Shown here piece by piece: positions 6,201-9,215 of a stretch of 9,215 nucleotides of DNA. Source of the DNA: a virus (Duplodnaviria > Heunggongvirae > Uroviricota > Caudoviricetes); IMG/VR virus record IMGVR_UViG_2703719355_000010; one strand, 5' to 3'. The translations under genes and the position numbers were made by a program. The stretch's first letter is position 1. Every line of letters begins with the position of its first letter. The notes under the pieces are model-generated. The model worked only from the letters and a program-made list of their open reading frames with translations. It searched no databases and was not told the DNA's origin.

Positions 6201-6782
6201 ATGACAACTCAAATTTCTGTTGAAACTCTCTCCCCGATCACCCATAACCAGATTCCTGTTATTACCACCGAACTTTTGGCGCAGTTGTACGGTGCTGGAG
6301 TTAAGAACATTCAAAATAACTACGCCAGAAATGCTGAGCGCTTTATTGAAGGAAAGCATTTTTTCAAAGTGGCTGGCGATGCCCTGAAAAATTTGCGGGT
6401 AGCTTTAAACTACTCACAAAATTTGCAACTATCTTTAAGAGGGTTACAAATTTCCCCGAAAGCCCGCTCCCTCATCCTCTGGACAGAACGCGGAGCAGCC
6501 CGTCATGCCAAAATGCTGGAAACCGATCAGGCGTGGGATGTGTTCGAAAAGCTGGAAGACTGCTATTTCAGACAAAAGGATCCGTCAGCGCCAGTTTCAT
6601 GCCAGAAAAGTTACGACACGCGAGTTCTCTGTTATCAGAGAGGCGGTGTCACTGTTTCCACAATTCAGTTACGGGATGATGATATTGTTATTTCCCTTGA
6701 GTCATGGCTGGAACTGGCGAGAGCCAATGGTTGGTTTGTTGTTCGCAGAGATAAACTGGTGGAAAGGTTGATGCAGCTTTAA
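6201..6782 (+). CDS. ORF6N-domain protein (KilA-N-related, antirepressor-like DNA-binding domain), 193 aa
   Basis: N-terminal LLAQLYGAGVKNIQNNYARNAERFIEGKHFFKV matches the ORF6N signature I recall (LAELYG...N.AVKRN.ERFPEDFMF). ATG at 6201 with a GAGGG RBS. Confidence 0.65.
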   Translation: MTTQISVETLSPITHNQIPVITTELLAQLYGAGVKNIQNNYARNAERFIEGKHFFKVAGDALKNLRVALNYSQNLQLSLRGLQISPKARSLILWTERGAARHAKMLETDQAWDVFEKLEDCYFRQKDPSAPVSCQKSYDTRVLCYQRGGVTVSTIQLRDDDIVISLESWLELARANGWFVVRRDKLVERLMQL

Positions 6783-6879
6783 AAAAGTTCTTGCATTTTT
6801 GCACATAAACTGCTTCAATTCCTGTATGCTTCGCAAAGCTGTATCGCGAGGCGAAACGCAAGTTTTTTTCGCACAAGGA

Positions 6880-6902
6880 AGCCACCGGAAGGTGGTTTTT
6901 TT
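6880..6902 (+). terminator. Intrinsic terminator after the ORF6N gene
   Basis: Hairpin CCACC-GGAA-GGTGG followed by seven T residues. Confidence 0.65.
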
Positions 6903-7025
6903 GTGTCCGTAATATACAGCAGCGCAATAAATTCGCTGGTGGTTATTAATACCGTTCTTTCAGCTTGCTGGCTTTTTCGACAAGAGTTATTGGTATGTCA
7001 CGTTAACCGGAAAGGGTAAAAAGAC

Positions 7026-7223
7026 ATGCTGAAACAGCAGGATATGACAGAAACCGCCAGAGTTGTGTTTGATGAATTAAGCGTTACCGAACCGGCGACA
7101 GTCGGGGAGATTGCGCAGAATACTTACCTTTCACGCGAACGCTGCCAGTTAATACTGACCCAGCTGGTTATGGCGGGTCTGGCAGACTATCAGTGCGGTT
7201 GTTACAGACGCATTCAGTCCTGA
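7026..7223 (+). CDS. Small winged-helix regulatory protein, 65 aa (PapI/FaeA-like)
   Basis: TVGEIAQNTYLSRERCQLILTQLVMAGLA resembles the PapI/FaeA pattern I recall (TAEIAEAL.VT.YQAR.YLL.LEKAG). Start could be ATG 7026 or the internal ATG at 7041. Confidence 0.45.
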   Translation: MLKQQDMTETARVVFDELSVTEPATVGEIAQNTYLSRERCQLILTQLVMAGLADYQCGCYRRIQS

Positions 7224-7256
7224 AGGCTTTTTATTTGTGGTAAATGGGCGGCTGGT

Positions 7257-7265
7257 GGGGGGGGG
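7257..7265. repeat. Homopolymeric G9 tract in the intergenic region upstream of the AraC-family gene
   Basis: Nine consecutive G residues read directly, about 30 bp upstream of a candidate promoter (TTGATG at 7294-7299, TATAAT at 7319-7324). Confidence 0.9.
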
Positions 7266-7359
7266 CGGCACCTGTCAGTCCTTTGCTTATGTGTTGATGA
7301 TAATTTACCTTTTGGGGCTATAATTGAGCTAACCAATTGCTAATGAAAGTAAAATTATA

Positions 7360-8073
7360 ATGGCTGTTGTCTGTTCAGTTATCATGGTTTGCTCCCCAAT
7401 TAATATTTTTCTTGAAAAGGATACGTTGTCACTTAAGCCAGGCTCAGTCGTTCTGGCCACCAAATGCATCAGGGAGCTTTTCCTTATGCATTATGGCAAA
7501 GTTAAAATTGTCGATATAAGCGAATCCGTCGTAAGTCAATATCTGGAAAGTCAGCATAAGCTGACGAGGACTCGTCTGACTGACATTCCGCTTTACCTGT
7601 TGCTGGAACCCAACAATCCTGCGTTGGCTGCGGCTTTAATTACCAGCCAGGGATTTTCCGGAGAGGTCACGGATATGTTTCTTATGATGGCCTGCCTGTC
7701 TCTGTTTGAAACAGATGAACGGATGTCATTGTTTTTAAGTGGATGTTTATCCAGCATAAGTGCCAAAGTCAGGGCGATAATTCAGACAGATATATCAGCA
7801 AGCTGGACGCTTGGTGCGATTGCTCTACAGTTGCATATGAGTGAGAGTTTGTTAAAGACAAAACTGAAAAATGAAGGGGGCATGTTCAGTCGCTTGTTGC
7901 TGGAAGAGCGGATGCGTGTTGCTGTAAATATGTTATGTTCCCGACATGGATATGGACAGGCTGTAGCAGAAAAATGCGGTTATTCAAGCAGGTCCTACTT
8001 TATTTCTGTATTTCACCGCTATTATGGCTTCCCGCCAGACAGATATGTATCCAGGCAAGGGCTTGATTATTGA
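7360..8073 (+). CDS. AraC/XylS-family transcriptional regulator, 237 aa (prophage-encoded; PatE/Psr-like class)
   Basis: The C-terminal 100 aa carry the tandem HTH signature of the AraC family (...SRSYFISVFHRYYGFPPDRY). Start codon is uncertain: ATG 7360, 7387 and 7486 are all in frame and none has a strong RBS. Confidence 0.8.
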   Translation: MAVVCSVIMVCSPINIFLEKDTLSLKPGSVVLATKCIRELFLMHYGKVKIVDISESVVSQYLESQHKLTRTRLTDIPLYLLLEPNNPALAAALITSQGFSGEVTDMFLMMACLSLFETDERMSLFLSGCLSSISAKVRAIIQTDISASWTLGAIALQLHMSESLLKTKLKNEGGMFSRLLLEERMRVAVNMLCSRHGYGQAVAEKCGYSSRSYFISVFHRYYGFPPDRYVSRQGLDY

Positions 8074-8101
8074 TTTTCATCTGATTATTATTTTTTGGCT
8101 C

Positions 8102-8177
8102 GGCCCTTTAGCTCAGTGGTGAGAGCGAGCGACTCATAATCGCCAGGTCGCTGGTTCAAATCCAGCAAGGGCCACCA
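8102..8177 (+). tRNA. tRNA with anticodon CAU; sequence pattern of tRNA-Ile2 (lysidine type, ileX-like) rather than tRNA-Met
   Basis: Cloverleaf folded by hand: acceptor GGCCCTT/AAGGGCC, D-stem GCTC/GAGC, anticodon loop CTCATAA, T-loop TTCAAAT, encoded CCA. Close to my recollection of E. coli ileX. Confidence 0.8.
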
Positions 8178-8178
8178 A

Positions 8179-8255
8179 CCGCCACTAGCTCATCAGGAAA
8201 GAGCGTCAACCCTTTAAGTTGAGTGTGCGAGGTTCGAGTCCCCGGTGGCGGTCCA
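8179..8255 (+). tRNA. Atypical tRNA or tRNA-like gene; anticodon loop CCTTTAA (nominal anticodon UUU, Lys) with C instead of U at position 33 and an unusual D-loop
   Basis: 7-bp acceptor stem CCGCCAC/GTGGCGG, T-loop TTCGAGT, encoded CCA, 5-bp anticodon stem TCAAC/GTTGA. Deviations: 5' C, D-loop ATCAGGAAA, C33, one A-C mismatch in the T-stem. May be a degenerate or specialised tRNA. Confidence 0.5.
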
Positions 8256-8257
8256 GT

Positions 8258-8333
<76 letters not shown>

Positions 8334-8336
8334 TAT

Positions 8337-8411
<75 letters not shown>

Positions 8412-8417
8412 GTTAGA

Positions 8418-8463
8418 GTCTTTCAGTCTGCGATGATGGGAAATCCCGGAGTGACTGAAAGAC
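8418..8463 (+). repeat. Perfect 11-bp inverted repeat (GTCTTTCAGTC / GACTGAAAGAC) with a 24-nt loop, immediately after the tRNA array
   Basis: Read directly; no U-tract follows, so not a canonical terminator. Possible processing, structural or binding site. Confidence 0.5.
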
Positions 8464-8470
8464 GTTTAGG

Positions 8471-8543
8471 TTATGAATGATCGCTTTTTTTTGCAAAATT
8501 GCTGTGCAGAAATACTAACCTTCGGGCAGGCGATCATTCATAA
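8471..8543 (+). repeat. Perfect 14-bp inverted repeat (TTATGAATGATCGC / GCGATCATTCATAA) separated by 45 nt
   Basis: Read directly; the loop contains a T8 run. Could form a long stem-loop in RNA or be a protein-recognition or recombination site. Confidence 0.5.
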
Positions 8544-8618
8544 GCACTCTGCTTTTATTCCGATTAACTGTGGGTGGTTTGTTGGATAGAGTGCTTTCCT
8601 GACTGTAGATCCAATTTC

Positions 8619-8644
8619 GCCCGCTTTTGCGGGCTTTTCTTTTC
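8619..8644 (+). terminator. Intrinsic terminator upstream of the holin gene
   Basis: Hairpin GCCCGC-TTTT-GCGGGC followed by TTTTCTTTTC. Confidence 0.7.
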
Positions 8645-8703
8645 AAATCCCTTTCATCTCTCAGTGTAAAACTACGCCATCCGTTATTTGCGGAGGTGAG
8701 GCT

Positions 8704-8919
8704 ATGAAATCCATGGACAAAATTTCAACGGGCATTGCCTACGGCACCTCCGCAGGCAGTGCTGGCTACTGGTTTTTACAGTGGCTTGATCAAGTCAGTC
8801 CGTCACAGTGGGCTGCGATTGGTGTACTGGGGAGTCTGATTCTGGGCTTCCTGACTTATCTGACAAATCTGTACTTCAAAATCAGAGAAGACAAGCGTAA
8901 GGCTGCACGGGGAGAGTAA
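8704..8919 (+). CDS. S: Class II holin / pinholin of the phage 21 S type (S21-like), 71 aa, with dual-start motif
   Basis: Product [71 protein letters not shown] matches my recollection of S21 almost residue for residue, including the Met1/Met4 dual start (MKSM). GGAGG RBS 7 nt upstream. Confidence 0.85.
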   Translation: MKSMDKISTGIAYGTSAGSAGYWFLQWLDQVSPSQWAAIGVLGSLILGFLTYLTNLYFKIREDKRKAARGE

Positions 8920-8923
8920 TTCA

Positions 8924-9148
8924 ATGACTCAAAACTATGAAGTGATTGTGAAAGGGATCCGCAATTTTGAGAATAAAGTTACGGTAACTTTAGCGTTACG
9001 GGACAAAAAACGCTTTGACGGTGAAATTTTTGACCTGGACATCTCGCTGGACCGTGTTGAAGGTGCCGCGCTGGAGTTTTATGAGGCAGCAGCCAGAAGG
9101 AGCATCAGTGAACCGCCCCGGGTTTCCTGGAGAGTGTTTTATCTGTGA
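8924..9148 (+). pseudogene. Gene of unknown function truncated by the right-hand IS; the first 61 codons are native and the last 13 (EPPRVSWRVFYL plus stop) come from the IS end
   Basis: ATG 8924 with GGAGAG RBS. The reading frame crosses the IS boundary at 9109 and terminates inside the IS terminal repeat. The native N-terminus (MTQNYEVIVKGIRNFENKVTVTLALRDKKRF...) is not a recognisable endolysin. Confidence 0.45.
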
Positions 9149-9215
9149 ACTCAGGCTGCCAGATCATCGTTTCCGATGGAAGCATAATAAGCTTTTTCTG
9201 CTTCTGCCGGAGGAG
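9109..9215 (-). mobile_element. Right-end fragment of a second copy of the same IS3-family element in inverted orientation; the element continues to the right of the window
   Basis: Exact reverse complement of 1..107; begins at 9109 with TGAACCGCCCCGGGTTTCCTGGAGA. Confidence 0.7.
9151..9215 (-). CDS. IS3-family transposase C-terminal fragment, partial (mirror of 1..65)
   Basis: Same frame as the left copy read on the minus strand; stop codon at 9151-9153. Confidence 0.5.
   Translation of the reverse strand, partial: PPAEAEKAYYASIGNDDLAA

Noticed and set aside
6036-6359. Minus-strand ORF (107 aa) across the late-promoter leader and the ORF6N gene start
   Set aside because: Antisense to the ORF6N-domain gene and the structured leader; no RBS.
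6505-6927. Alternative-frame ORFs 6505..6771 (+) and 6688..6927 (-)
   Set aside because: The first is nested out of frame inside the ORF6N gene; the second spans a terminator and intergenic region with no start context.
8179-8255. Reading the second tRNA as an ochre-suppressor (anticodon UUA) by shifting the anticodon stem by one register
   Set aside because: The shifted stem would have multiple mismatches; the register with a 5-bp perfect stem gives loop CCTTTAA and nominal anticodon UUU. Kept as atypical rather than suppressor.
8412-8703. Shiga-toxin genes or another cargo CDS directly after the tRNA array
   Set aside because: No ORF of adequate length or with an RBS exists in this interval. 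The only candidate is a 37-codon frame starting at 8473 that lies inside the 14-bp inverted repeat and was not accepted.

Overview
This window reads as a segment of a lambdoid prophage from an enterobacterial (E. coli-like) genome, bracketed by two inverted copies of the same insertion-sequence end. Positions 1-107 are the exact reverse complement of 9109-9215. From memory, not a database search, these 107 bp look like the right end of an IS3-family element (IS629-like: 25-bp terminal repeat TGAACCGCCCCGGGTTTCCTGGAGA plus the last codons of the transposase). Between the two IS ends every convincing gene is on the + strand, in lambdoid early-right to late order: a Ren-like gene, a small phage-type N6-adenine methyltransferase (DPPH motif), three genes of unknown function including a 473-aa protein with a DUF551-like C-terminus, two tiny hydrophobic peptide ORFs, a hok/mok type I toxin locus, a 70-aa ORF in an AT-rich island, DUF1367-like and YbcO-like (DUF1364) nin-region genes, a putative Q antiterminator followed by a late-promoter and terminator module, an ORF6N-domain protein, a small PapI/FaeA-like winged-helix protein, an AraC-family regulator, four tightly packed tRNA genes, and an S21-type pinholin. 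No endolysin follows the holin; the next gene is cut by the right-hand IS. I see no CRISPR array, rRNA or Shiga-toxin genes. All family assignments rest on motif recognition and recalled sequences and need homology searches to confirm.
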